DNA of 64,000 bases from an uncultured Methanosarcinaceae archaeon (lineage in GTDB: Archaea > Halobacteriota > Methanosarcinia > Methanosarcinales > Methanosarcinaceae). How positions within the stretch are numbered: the first letter of the stretch is position 1; every line of letters begins with the position of its first letter. The notes under the pieces were generated by a model. It had not been told where the DNA came from. It searched no databases and worked only from the letters and a program-made list of their open reading frames with translations. The DNA lies in the NCBI GenBank assembly GCA_963727895.1, contig CAVSHT010000005.1, positions 1 through 64,000 of the forward strand, read 5' to 3'. Of this stretch, positions 10,705-21,548 are shown piece after piece. The position numbers and the translations under genes are program-made.

Positions 10705-11319
10705 TTAGCTCCTTAGGTAAGATTCCAGAAGCTCTTCGCTTTCCTCTAGAGCTGAGATGACCATCTCATTAATAGGACTTTCTGCCCTTTCAATTTGGTT
10801 CTGAATTTTTTTAATGTCTCGACTGTAAGGACCAAGTTTCCTGATAATCGTATCCCTACTATCTCCTAACTCTACTGCATCTTTATGGATACTTTCTATT
10901 TTATTTTTAAATTTTTTAATCTTTTCAATAATTTCGCTACTCAGAGGGTCAATCTCTTCTTTCTGTTCGTGCTCTTTGTCTTCTCCACCTGTAGCTTCTT
11001 CTCTATTAGTGTCTGTATGGAACTCCTCTTTCTGGACTTTTGGAGGTTCTGCTGCGATTATATCCCTGAATTCTTTGAGGGCAGTTTCAACCTCTTTTCC
11101 ATATTCTGTGAGTTCTACAAATTTTATCCGCCCCTCAAATGTGAATCTTATAAGTCCGAATTGTTCCATTTTCGCGAGTGTTTTTGTTGTATGGGCAAAG
11201 GTGGAATCTATTTCTTTAGAAATAACAGATGAATATGTCTTTCCCATCGAGCCTATAAACAGCAGTGCACGAGTGGGTTTTTCCTGTAAAAACAACTTTT
11301 CTGCATTTTCATCGGACAT
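10705..11319 (-). CDS. Winged-helix (MarR-like) protein
   Basis: ISKEIDSTFAHTTKTL..GRIKFVELTEYG. Confidence 0.7.
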   Translation of the reverse strand: MSDENAEKLFLQEKPTRALLFIGSMGKTYSSVISKEIDSTFAHTTKTLAKMEQFGLIRFTFEGRIKFVELTEYGKEVETALKEFRDIIAAEPPKVQKEEFHTDTNREEATGGEDKEHEQKEEIDPLSSEIIEKIKKFKNKIESIHKDAVELGDSRDTIIRKLGPYSRDIKKIQNQIERAESPINEMVISALEESEELLESYLRS

Positions 11320-11454
11320 AATATCACATTGAAATTTTTCTAGCGGATTACTTATATATTTTATTTAAAAATTTTTATTATTTTTAATGATTTAAATATA
11401 AATCTAGGATAATTTCCAATATCTGTTTTCAATTCAATATATTCACCTAAAAAT

Positions 11455-12621
11455 TCACCCTGAAAGCGCCTTAATTATTTCTTTGATTGTCGCTATAGGC
11501 GCACTGGTTCGGAAAGATGTACCGCTGAAATGAGTTCTTGAAGCTTCAAATCCATAGGCTTCAAGGGCTTTGATCAGGATTTCTATCCCGGTTGCAGAAG
11601 CTCCAAGTTCTTTACAGATCACATGCTGATCATAGAACATCGGGATATCGAGTTCATCTCTACAGGAAGTAATTATTTTTTTTGCTTTATCTTTTGTGTT
11701 TAAAGGATGCGCGTCAAGTTTGGAAATAACTTCATTACAGAATGCCTGTTCCCTAAATGGCCCAAGCCAGAGAGGCCCTGCAATTTGTGTAATAGACTCA
11801 CAAACAGGACATTTCTTTTCGATATGTAGTGCAAGTCCGTATATAATTCCTCGAAAACCACATTTTGGACAATGAATACTGAAACCCATTGATTTTAAAG
11901 TTAGGTCTGTCTGTTTTGTTCCATGGAGAATCTCAAGATAAGTGCGGACATAGTGGCGTGTCACATGAGAAAGAAGTGGTAACATTCCTTTTTCGTGCTT
12001 TGCAAGTTCTCTAGCGCAGGTCCCCAAGAGAATTCTGAGGCCCATTTCACTGTGATATTCTGTGTTAAGAGGTACAGCCGCATACTTCCTTATACCGGCT
12101 TTTAAGTGAGCTCCACATAAAGGAGCCGTATCTGTTGCCGTAACCGACAGCAGATTTCGAACAGAAGCGGATGCTGAATCCAAGAAGGGTGCAGGAGTTC
12201 CAAAAGGATCAATATCTACAATATGGAATTTTTGTTCGTGAAGTAGCACATTTGCGTTCTTACGAGTAGTCAAGGTTTTATCTTCAAGTCCATTAATTTT
12301 TATATTTTCTTTTATTAGTTCAAATGCTTCAGGGCTCCAATCATTCATTGTTGCATGGATCCCTACTTCTCCTGCAATTCGAAGCCCCCTTATTCCTGAT
12401 GCTGAAAAAGCATCCACATAACGAACTTCTTCCCTGAGAATCTCTTTTCGTAAAAGAAGACGCTCCACAAATGCAGACGTAGCTGCAACATTAATATCGC
12501 GATTAAGCTCCATTTCTGGATTGTAAAAAATCGGAGCCGCCGAGGGAGGGAAAGTTGCGTCCTTTGGAGGTACCGGAACTGAAACCTTTGTTGTACCTTC
12601 AACTATAGTTTTATATTCCAT
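11455..12621 (-). CDS. trm1: tRNA (guanine26-N2)-dimethyltransferase
   Basis: FYNPEMELNRD, SASGIRGLR, DIDPFGTP, TATD, GPLWLG. Confidence 0.95.
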   Translation of the reverse strand: MEYKTIVEGTTKVSVPVPPKDATFPPSAAPIFYNPEMELNRDINVAATSAFVERLLLRKEILREEVRYVDAFSASGIRGLRIAGEVGIHATMNDWSPEAFELIKENIKINGLEDKTLTTRKNANVLLHEQKFHIVDIDPFGTPAPFLDSASASVRNLLSVTATDTAPLCGAHLKAGIRKYAAVPLNTEYHSEMGLRILLGTCARELAKHEKGMLPLLSHVTRHYVRTYLEILHGTKQTDLTLKSMGFSIHCPKCGFRGIIYGLALHIEKKCPVCESITQIAGPLWLGPFREQAFCNEVISKLDAHPLNTKDKAKKIITSCRDELDIPMFYDQHVICKELGASATGIEILIKALEAYGFEASRTHFSGTSFRTSAPIATIKEIIKALSG

Positions 12622-12890
12622 TTAAAACTGCTATACTTTGGGATATTATTTTACAGTAATGGTCATCTCATTTTCATATGTCTTTTTTACTGAAACTATT
12701 ATAGTTTCCAAATTTATTGAACGTATGCTTTATGGCATCTCTTATTCAAGCCGTTGACACTTAAAAAGATGCTTACTGCTAACTCCTTTGGGCTGTGAAG
12801 ACTCCTTATCATCTCCTTTTTCGTATTTCCTTCAGTTTATTCGTTTTAAGTTCTTTGAAATTCCCCAAATAGTTCAATGAAATTAATAAT

Positions 12891-13020
12891 GAGTTCATCC
12901 CAAAATCAATATTAGAATCAATTCTTTAAATTATTGGAATTGTTTTTCTTTATATAAAACTCAATTAATTATTTAGGATATAGGAGTCAGGGAAGAAATT
13001 TTGAGTTTTGGGATAAACTC
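12891..13020. mobile_element. 130-bp MITE-like element
   Basis: TIRs GAGTTCATCCCAAAA / TTTTGGGATAAACTC; no ORF. Confidence 0.7.
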
Positions 13021-13289
13021 AATAATAAAAAGCTAAAATTAGTGCGCTTTGTATCCGAAATTATTCTAAAAAATGCGGGGCATTAAAGACTTCTATTTAT
13101 GTTAATAAGTCTCATTTAAAAATGTAAAAAATAGATTTTTCAGGAAATGTATCAGCATTTCCCGCAAAATCTGTGTTCAATGTTTTAATTCTCTTTGATA
13201 CTATATGCAATATTTAATTACTTTATTATGCCAGTTTTCCTTGACATTCATATTTTTGACTTTAATAATCTTTAATAATATGTGTTTAT

Positions 13290-13853
13290 TCAAGGTTCAG
13301 TCACACTAACATTGACATTCATCCTGGGCTGACCAATAATGTTGAAGTGATAGTCTCCTGTCTCATTGAAGGTATAGGTAAAAGAACGCTTGTATACAAG
13401 GCTAGTGTTATTAAAGAGATTTTCTTGACTCACAAGAGTAAAGACTCTTTTTGGATTGTCATGTAGATTTAGCCAGGAAACTTTTTCTCCCTTCTTTATC
13501 GCAAGACTCGATGAACTTGATTTATAATTTTGCAGTCTTACAAGATAAGGTGTATCCTGAATATTAGGACTTGAGATCGCGAGTCTTCCTGTTGTCATGT
13601 TATTTGTATTTTCTTCTGTTTTATTATCTGCAGTAGTTACATTTTCTTCTGTTTTATTATCTACAGTAGTTACGTTTTCTTCTGGTGTTCCTACAACAGT
13701 TGTATTTTCCACAGTAGTTACGTTTTCTGCAGGAGTTGCATTTTCTTTTGATGAGGGCTGTTCATTCCCCATGCATCCTGAGAGTAAAATGGTGCTGAAT
13801 ATAAGAAGCAGCACAATGATTTTTGTTTTCATTTTATTCCCCACATCTTGCAA
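13290..13853 (-). CDS. Lipoprotein with Thr-rich repeat linker and cupredoxin-like fold lacking clear Cu ligands
   Basis: LLSGC lipobox; ENVTT/DNKTEE repeats; IKKGEKVSW..FTYTFNETGDY. Confidence 0.65.
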   Translation of the reverse strand: MQDVGNKMKTKIIVLLLIFSTILLSGCMGNEQPSSKENATPAENVTTVENTTVVGTPEENVTTVDNKTEENVTTADNKTEENTNNMTTGRLAISSPNIQDTPYLVRLQNYKSSSSSLAIKKGEKVSWLNLHDNPKRVFTLVSQENLFNNTSLVYKRSFTYTFNETGDYHFNIIGQPRMNVNVSVTEP

Positions 13854-13909
13854 TTATGGTATTTTGGAAATTAATAGTTATATCGAAATTTTGGCTCTTT
13901 TTATAAATC

Positions 13910-14039
13910 GAGCCTATCCTAAAACTCAAAATTTGCTTATTAGGCATTCAATTTCATATATTCAACCAAGCTTTTGATTGTGAAAACAATTCCGAAAATT
14001 CCCAACAATTAAGAATAAAGTAGCTTTTGAGATAGGCTC
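13910..14039. mobile_element. 130-bp MITE-like element, inverted homolog of 12891-13020
   Basis: TIRs GAGCCTATCCTAAAA / TTTTGAGATAGGCTC; shares AAAACTCAAAATTT and AAAACAATTCC with the reverse complement of the first copy. Confidence 0.7.
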
Positions 14040-14393
14040 ATCCAGTATTTTTTAGTATTGATGGCTTTTCTTAAAGGGAATTCAAAACCCTATTTTCGTT
14101 CTCAAAATGATCCTTACACCTAAATATACTTTTCACTCTTTTCTAGTTATTTTTTTCTTTTAAGTAATTACTTCTTTAAATCGTCTAAAGTTTGTTTCCA
14201 TATTATTCATCAGTTTAAGATCAACTTATTAATATTTTTAAGTTTGTGAATATATACAGATATCCATAGATGAGCAACAATTACAAAATTATAATTACAA
14301 ATTCTAAGATAGTAAGCAAAATTATAAATTTAGATATTGATATTCTAAAAATCATATATATTTATTAACGCAAAAATCGGTTCTAGCTCCCTC

Positions 14394-15626
14394 TTACATA
14401 CTGTTCCACAAAAGTAGAGCAATAGCTCCAATAATTGTGATTATCCCGAAAGTTTTCTTTGCAAGAGAAAAAAGGCTGGATGAACCAGAAATTTTAGAAA
14501 GTACTATTTTATTCATTGTGCTGATAAGACTTGCAAGCACGGCAGTGTTCGCTGCTGTTGCATAGGAAATTTTTCCACTTACAGCAAGTAAAGTTACTGA
14601 GACTATCACTCCTGAACTGCTAACAAGAGCACCAAGAGCAGTGAAATAAATTCCTGTAGTTCCTGCAACTTTATAGGCAAAGTTTCCTATTATAAGAATG
14701 ACAGTAAAAGCAGCTCCGAATTTAAATGCTTGACCAAGCGAGAAAGGGGATTCAATTTTAAGTTCTTCTCCACCTATGGGGCAGAATTTCCTATCGTACC
14801 TGAGAACCATTATTATTGAAACAAGAATAATTACTACCTGGGGGGGAAGCATAAACAGAGTGGTCTGACCGGTTGGGTCAACGATCAGAGCTAATATTAA
14901 ATTTCGAATGAGCATGGAGATATTGCAAAGCAGAATTCCGGTAAGCACAGGATCGGCCATTTCCTCAGCTCGTTTAGAAAGACCTGCAAGTGCAGCTGTT
15001 GTAGCTTCACTGTTCACAAAACCGCCAATAAATCCTGAATAACATATCCCGCTCTTTGTACCATATTTTCTCAGGAGCACGTAGCTTAAAAAACTAATAA
15101 GTGAAACAAGAATTACAATAAGGATCGCAAACCTCAAGTTTATAATTCCGAATAATTCTTTTTCCGGCATCACTGGATAAAGTATAAAAGCTACAGCCAA
15201 AAACTGTATGGCATTGTAAAGTTCTTCTTTTGTTAGATTTCCTGCAAACTGGTGAAGAGGTTTTTTCTGAATAAGAAGAAAAGACACGACTATTGAAGAG
15301 ATAATGGCATACAGGCCGTAGTTATATCCCACAAGGACTCCCATGACAAAAATGAAAAAAAGACTTATAGGACTGGTAACTCCGATCCGCTTGAAGAGAA
15401 AAATCTTTGCATAGGCGATTATAGAACAGATTATTCCAAAAAAAAGTGCAGATAGGTAGACAAAACTTGGCCCTGTTGCATCGCTGACGAAAGCGGTTAA
15501 CATACCTGTTATACAGGTTATGCTATAAGTTCTTACACCGGCAAAAATTTCGTGTTCAATTCCTCTATGTTCCCTTTCTATACCTACCATTATTCCTATC
15601 AGAAAGGCTATGGACAACTTTGTCAT
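14394..15626 (-). CDS. MgtC/SapB family membrane protein with DUF4010-like domain
   Basis: GIMVGIERE, AGVRTY, GGFVNSEATT; many TM helices; true start may be about 16 codons upstream (ACG). Confidence 0.8.
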   Translation of the reverse strand: MTKLSIAFLIGIMVGIEREHRGIEHEIFAGVRTYSITCITGMLTAFVSDATGPSFVYLSALFFGIICSIIAYAKIFLFKRIGVTSPISLFFIFVMGVLVGYNYGLYAIISSIVVSFLLIQKKPLHQFAGNLTKEELYNAIQFLAVAFILYPVMPEKELFGIINLRFAILIVILVSLISFLSYVLLRKYGTKSGICYSGFIGGFVNSEATTAALAGLSKRAEEMADPVLTGILLCNISMLIRNLILALIVDPTGQTTLFMLPPQVVIILVSIIMVLRYDRKFCPIGGEELKIESPFSLGQAFKFGAAFTVILIIGNFAYKVAGTTGIYFTALGALVSSSGVIVSVTLLAVSGKISYATAANTAVLASLISTMNKIVLSKISGSSSLFSLAKKTFGIITIIGAIALLLWNSM

Positions 15627-15991
15627 GAAATCCAGAAAAACCGGATCGAAACCGAACTCTTCAATGGTACTCGTAGTACACCCTCTCTCATTTTCGGTCT
15701 ATAAAATTCAAAGTCGAATTCTCTAATAAATTTCTATTTAGGAGTTTGACTGGCTGCTATTTTTATGTTAGTAAAATATGAAAGTAAGTAAATGTAAAGG
15801 TTTCTCTATTAATAAATTTAGGTTTTTATGTTAACGAATTTAGATTCTTAATGGATTTAGCTCCTTAACTAAAAAATAGAGTTAAAGTGTATTGAAAGCC
15901 TGTATAATATTTCAGGCAATTAATACACCTCAGACAACTAATACACCTGAGAAAATTGCTAAATTTAGCTGAAGTTAATATTAAAAAAATC

Positions 15992-16731
15992 GGCATTGTT
16001 AATTAAACATAGTTAACTCTTTATTTCTGTATTTCATCAATAGAAGAACCGAGTACTTTAGCATTTCAAGACTTTTTGTATAACACTTTGTCTTTCTTCT
16101 CAATCTTGCTAGAAAATGCCTCAATATGCTGTTATATTCCTCAACTGTAAATGTTTCTGCTTTTGATTGAGTATGACTCTTTTCTGGAAGAAACTCTGCA
16201 TATGCTCTCCAGTGATCTGTCATTACTTCTCCAATCTCTTTTTTCTTCACTTTTTCCCAGAGTAGTTTTCCAGTTTCCGTTCCTCTGCTACCAAAAGAGC
16301 AGTTGATGAACTTTTTCCCAACTCTATCAACAGCAATCCAGATACAGCAATATTTTTTTTGTTACCGATGTAAGTGTGCATTTCATCCATTTCAACAATA
16401 GATATCTCACTTTCACTTTTTAGGTTCTCTAACTCCTGATCAAATTTCTTTATCCATCTTTGGACAGAAACGTGACTTACCCCTAAAACTCTTCCTATTG
16501 AACGAAAGCCCAATCCTTCAAGATAGAGTTGTAAAGCCTGTCTTTTTACAAAAGCGGAAAAAGCAGTTGATTTTAGCTCTACTGTATAGTTATAGCCACA
16601 ATCAGAGCATTTGTACCGTTGACGCCCGCCAACTATACCGTTCTTTTTGTGACTGGAACTATTGCATCTGGGGCAGTTAATGAAGAAATATACTTTCTAA
16701 TAGTATATAACTATGTTTAAGTATCAAAGCC
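15992..16731 (-). mobile_element. IS1-family element copy A (insA/insB, A8 slip site, ATT start, no TSD)
   Basis: TIRs GGCATTGTTAATTAAACAT / ATGTTTAAGTATCAAAGCC; CPRC Zn finger, DEMHTY, TDHW motifs. Confidence 0.9.
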
Positions 16732-17063
16732 AAGAATTCATTGATGGTTCAGATAATTTCTCTATTTCTTTCTTTGACCGTGAAAGATATGGAAAAATGT
16801 TAACATATATGGGTACGGTATCAGGAAGAGATGAAAATAAAGTGAAAAAATCTGGCTTGACAATAAATTATTATGAAGGAATTCCTTATTATAATGAGGC
16901 TTCCAAGGTTTTGTTATGCAAAAAAATGTGCTGCCAGCCAATCAAACCAGAAAGCTTTGTGACAGAGCAAATTGATGAACAGTGGTATGCTGATAAGGAT
17001 TATCATGATCTTTATATCGGAGAAATTGTCGAAATTTTTACACGCGAAATAGCTTATTTTTGA
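16732..17063 (+). pseudogene. 5'-truncated flavin reductase family gene
   Basis: GTVSGRDENK, YHDLYIGEI; N-terminus replaced by IS1 end. Confidence 0.75.
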
Positions 17064-17087
17064 ATCATTTATTTGGAGAGTATAACT

Positions 17088-17643
17088 ATGAAAAAGAATA
17101 TCGGTTCAGTCATTGCTCTTTATCCAACGCCTACAACGGTGGTTGGAACAGTGGTTGAAGGAAAAGTAAATTGGATGAATATAGCGCATATTGGAATCAT
17201 AGGATTAGATTCCATAATGATCAGCAGCAGAAAATCTCATTATACAAATCAGGGAATCAAAGAAAATAAAACACTGTCTGTAAACCTGGTAAATGAAGAT
17301 ATGCTTGTAGAGGCAGATTATGTAGGGATTGTTTCTGGAAAAACAGTGGATAAATCCAACGTATTTCTGTATCATATGGGAAAATTGAAAAATGTACCCA
17401 TTATAGATAAATCCCCTCTTTCCATGGAATGTGAAGTAATTGATATCTACGACACAGAAAACTATGATAATTTTATCTTAAAAGTAGTTCACACATGTTG
17501 AAGAAAATATGCTAGACGAAAATGGAAAAATAGATTATGAGAAGCTAAAGCCATTATTATTTGAAATGCCAACAAGGAACTATTTAAAAACTGGAGATGT
17601 AGTAGGAAAATGTTGGAATATTGGTAATTCATACAAAAAATAA
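17088..17643 (+). pseudogene. Flavin reductase family gene, frameshifted near 17495
   Basis: LYPTP..DYVGIVSG..PLSMECEV; continues in another frame as VEENMLDENGKIDYEKLKPLLFEMP..GKCWNIG*. Confidence 0.8.
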
Positions 17644-17815
17644 TAAATTTAGATCTTTTAAATTATATTAATAAATACAAAACAAAATTGCCACTTGCTA
17701 AAGCAGTGAATGCAACTTATCGTTCTGCAAAAGAAAGTAGTAAAGCGAAGTTGGACATGGAAGCAGTTTACCTACAATAAAAAGAAGAAAATATGCAATA
17801 AAAGGAGAATATAAT

Positions 17816-17998
17816 ATGTCCGTAATAACAGTTGAAGCAGCAAAATTGAGTAAGGAACAAAAAAATAAACTTGTAAAAGAATTAACGGCATCTGCAGCAA
17901 ATATTATGAATATACCGGAGCAGGCTTTTGTTGTTCTTGTTAAAGAAAATAGCACAGAAAATCTCGGTGTTGGTGGACAGCTACTCTCTGATAAATAA
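17816..17998 (+). CDS. 4-oxalocrotonate tautomerase (DmpI-like); has Ser rather than the usual catalytic Pro after Met
   Basis: SKEQK..LVKELT..KEN..ENLGVGG. Confidence 0.8.
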   Translation: MSVITVEAAKLSKEQKNKLVKELTASAANIMNIPEQAFVVLVKENSTENLGVGGQLLSDK

Positions 17999-18089
17999 TT
18001 GTCAGCATATTTCAATCATGAAAACTAAATCCAGAAAATAAAACGTAAGGTTAAAACCATAACACTAAAAAATTCCTGAGGAGTTTTAT

Positions 18090-18590
18090 ATGAAAGCACT
18101 TGTATTTGGAGTCGATGATTTTGAAGATCTCGAACTTTTCTACCCTTACCACCGCCTGAAAGAAGAAGGAATTATAACACACGTAGCCTCTACGAAGAAG
18201 GGGTCGATTACTGGAGAACAGGGGTATAAGATCAACGTTGACATCGCTTTTAAAGACATCAATCCTGCAGATTACGATATTCTTGTAATACCTGGAGGAA
18301 GAGGACCTAAAAAAATAAGATGTGACGAGAGTGCACTTGAGATTGCGAGGCATTTTTTTAAAGAAAACAAGCCAGTTGCTGCAATCTGCCATGGTCCGCA
18401 GGTTCTTGTTTCCGCAGGTGTCATAAAAGGCCGAAAATCAACTTGCTGGCCAGGGATAAAGGATGAAATCATAGCTGCAGGAGCACTTTATGAGGACAAA
18501 GAAGTTGTCGTGGATGGGAATTACGTATCTTCAAGAAGCCCTGCTGACCTTTATGCTTTTGGAAGAGAAATTATTAAGCTGCTGAAGTAA
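18090..18590 (+). CDS. pfpI: PfpI/DJ-1 family protease/deglycase
   Basis: FEDLE, IPGG, AAICHGPQ, VVDGN..SRSPADL. Confidence 0.9.
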   Translation: MKALVFGVDDFEDLELFYPYHRLKEEGIITHVASTKKGSITGEQGYKINVDIAFKDINPADYDILVIPGGRGPKKIRCDESALEIARHFFKENKPVAAICHGPQVLVSAGVIKGRKSTCWPGIKDEIIAAGALYEDKEVVVDGNYVSSRSPADLYAFGREIIKLLK

Positions 18591-18703
18591 AAAGAAAAAA
18601 ATTTTTTCTTTTTACTTTAGTTATTTATTTCTTTATCTGAAGCTTTTTTAGCTCTGTATTTAGTTTTTCTTTTTTGAATATCTGTTTCTCAACTAAAGAT
18701 ACA

Positions 18704-19642
18704 TCATAACGAAGGTACAAGATACTGAATAACATATCCTGCTAAAACACTAATACCAAACAGTAAAAACAATATCATCAATACATCTTTCTTGTTATGT
18801 TCCTCTTTAAACAAAACTAATATTCCTAGACCACCACTAGCGCAGAGCCCAGAAATCACGGATCCATAAGAGATAACACCTTTGAGATACAACATCGTTA
18901 TCGCAACAGAAGCAGCACAATTTGGAATAAGCCCGAATAATGCCACTAAAAACGGTTGAAAAACGCTATGCATCAAAAATATTTTTTCAAAAGTTTCGTC
19001 TCCCATCTGAGCAATTCCTACATTTATTGCAAATGAAACAATAAAAATAAAAATAAAAACCTTGAATGTATGGATTATAGGGTGAAGGATGATCTCTTTA
19101 GGATTAAATTTTGTTGATGAAGGGCTTGAGCTGTGACCGCAGCACGCTTTTTCTTCCAGGATTATTTCATGATCATGATGTTCGTTATCATGACCTTCTG
19201 CATATGCTTTAATATGAGCTAGTGTTTCTTTGTTTGAGTTTCTAAAAGCAAAATCAATAGCGTATCCACTGATTACAGCGACAATAATTTTTATTAATAT
19301 CAAAGGCACAATAATTTTAGCCTTTTCTGGTTGGGATAAAATTACCGGAATTGCCTCATCTGAAGTGGACAAAAAAACAGCGAGCAAAGTGCCAATGGTG
19401 ATTAACCTTTGCGTATATAGAGCAGAAGCTACAACGGATATACCACACTGAGGAATACTACCAGTCACTGCTCCTATAGCAGGTCCCAATACTCCAGCTT
19501 TTTGTACCGCTTCCCTGATACTGTTTGCATATTTATATTCAATCAACTCGATTCCAATAAAAATAATAAAAAGTAATGGAATCATTTTTGCGCTATCTGT
19601 TAAAGCTTCTAAGAAAATATCAGATAAATAAGCCACTTCCAT
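18704..19642 (-). CDS. Putative manganese transporter family membrane protein
   Basis: PQCG, STSDEA, PNCAASV, His-rich loop. Confidence 0.75.
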   Translation of the reverse strand: MEVAYLSDIFLEALTDSAKMIPLLFIIFIGIELIEYKYANSIREAVQKAGVLGPAIGAVTGSIPQCGISVVASALYTQRLITIGTLLAVFLSTSDEAIPVILSQPEKAKIIVPLILIKIIVAVISGYAIDFAFRNSNKETLAHIKAYAEGHDNEHHDHEIILEEKACCGHSSSPSSTKFNPKEIILHPIIHTFKVFIFIFIVSFAINVGIAQMGDETFEKIFLMHSVFQPFLVALFGLIPNCAASVAITMLYLKGVISYGSVISGLCASGGLGILVLFKEEHNKKDVLMILFLLFGISVLAGYVIQYLVPSL

Positions 19643-19968
19643 TTAATGTCCTCTACTTCGTTTTAGTTTTTCATTGTTTTCGGGATTTCTGGATCTTCAC
19701 TGTACTATATTTGATAAGCAATCTTTCGTAACCGTTTTCATTTTATGATTTTGCTAACAACATTTATTCTCTTATGACTACTAGTCTGGAAGTTGCTTTT
19801 TTGATATCCCTTATAAAATATTCAATAGCTAATCCAAATAAAATATAACTTTTGCTGAACTTTGGTATTTTATTCATTTTTTACGTGATATTAAGTCCTG
19901 AAAGAAAAATCCCTTTTGATCCCCGATATTTCTGAGTATGTTGGATACATAAATCCCCTTTTATCTAT

Positions 19969-20088
19969 GAGCTTATCCTAAAAATCACTTTGAACCCGTA
20001 TTTTTTGTGACTACTCGAGCTTATGACTATGAAGCAAAGTCTGAATGTTTCTGATAATTGAGACAAAAATGAGTTTTGGGATCAGCTC
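19969..20088. mobile_element. 120-bp MITE-like element with the same TIR family
   Basis: GAGCTTATCCTAAAAATCA / TGAGTTTTGGGATCAGCTC. Confidence 0.65.
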
Positions 20089-20125
20089 AATAATCAAAGT
20101 AGTGCTGGTGCACCCCGCTGCAAGG

Positions 20126-20765
20126 AGGTTGTCCGACAATTATCTTAGGTAATAGAGGTTTCTGCTTTGAATATATTAAGTATTATATAATTTCTACTAA
20201 TTTTTTGGTTTATGGTTTTTATTAAATCTTTAAAGAATCAAGTTTGGACTTTACCTCCAGATATCCGCGATCTTATTCCTTCAGATTATATCTGCTATTT
20301 GGTTGAGTCTTTTGTGGATGAGATGGATTTTAGTGAATTTGAAACCAGGTATGGTGGTTCTGGACACCCTGCTTATCATCCTTGCATAATGTGTAAGATT
20401 TTGATTCAATCTATGCTTGATAGAGTTCGATCATCGCGAGCGATAGCTCGCAATGTTCGAGAAAATATAGTTTACTTGTATTTAGCTGAAAACCTAAAAC
20501 CTGATTTTAGAACAATCAATGATTTCAGAAAAGAAAATGAAAAATTGATTACTGCAATGTTCAAAGACACAGTTAAGGCAGCCAAAGACCTAAAAGTAAT
20601 AGGTCTTGAACAATTAAGCATTGATGGATCCAAAGTAAAAGCCTCTGCGTCAAGAAAAAGTGAAGTTATGAAAAATGTCTTGGAAGTAATTGAAGAATAT
20701 GTCAAGAATGAATTAGAAAAAGGTATTGAAATAGACAAAGTTGAAGATGAACATTTTGGAAACTG
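20126..20765 (+). mobile_element. IS1182-family left end and truncated transposase (ORF from 20212)
   Basis: GHPAYHP, SSRAI, PDFRTINDFR, SIDGSKVKASAS; end-like GGTTGTCCGACA near 20127 (boundary approximate). Confidence 0.8.
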
Positions 20766-21304
20766 TACTCTCCACAGGAGAAAAGTTCGAGAATCCTAAA
20801 TACCTGCAAAATTCTCTAAAAAGAATGAAATGTTTGCAACAGAGAGTTTCAAAGAAACAGAAAGGTTCTAAGAACAGAGTAAAAGCAAAGCAAAGGCTTG
20901 CTGTACTCCATGAAGAGATAACAAACCAGAGAAACGATTTTCAGAACAAACTCTATTTTAAACTTGTTAGCGAAAACCAAGCTATAGCTCTGGAAACTCT
21001 GAATGTTAAAGGAATGCAGAAGAACCACCACTTAGCACAAGCTATAGGGAATTCTGCCTGGAGTAGCTTTGTAACAAAATTGGAGTATAAGGCTGAATGG
21101 TATGGAAAAACCATACTAAGGATAGGTAGGTTTGAGCCTTCTTCAAAACTCTGTAATGTCTGTGGATTCCACAACTCTGAGTTAACTTTGAAAGATATAG
21201 AGTGGACTTGTTCTGAGTGTAAAACAGAACACGATAGGGACATTAACGCAGCTATCAATATTAAAAAATTTGCTTTCATAGATCAAAACCTGATAGGGGT
21301 TTGA
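20765..21304 (+). pseudogene. tnpB: TnpB (IS200/IS605) C-terminal half lacking the N-domain and RuvC-I
   Basis: VLSTGEKFENPK, GSKNR, IALETLNV, PSSKLCNVCG..CSEC..HDRDINAAINI. Confidence 0.9.
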
Positions 21305-21412
21305 AAACTATTTAACACCTGCGGAACGCGGGGAAGAGCCTGGGGACTTGTTCTCAAAAGAGAAAGGAATGAACCAGGAAGCCCCTGAGTCTTTAGCTCA
21401 GGGGTAGTTCAC
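21305..21412 (+). ncRNA. tnpB omega/reRNA scaffold region and IS605-type right end
   Basis: Stems CCTGCG-GAA-CGCGGG, CCTGG/CCAGG, TTCTC-AAAA-GAGAA; subterminal hairpin CCCCTGAG-7nt-CTCAGGGG (21382-21404); terminal TTCAC 21408-21412. Confidence 0.7.
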
Positions 21413-21548
21413 ATTCCTCATAATCAATGCACAAAACTTTCAGCCTGCTAAGATTTCAATTTGTTTGTAGGCTCAGATCAAGTGTACTTTTTAGGTAAAT
21501 TATTCATAGCATACTGCCCTAAATTTATCATGATCGGAGGTTAATCGA

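Noticed and set aside
20741..21304. Active TnpB nuclease or domesticated TldR-like repressor
   Set aside because: The N-terminal recognition/wedge region and RuvC-I are missing, so the protein alone is unlikely to bind guide or target
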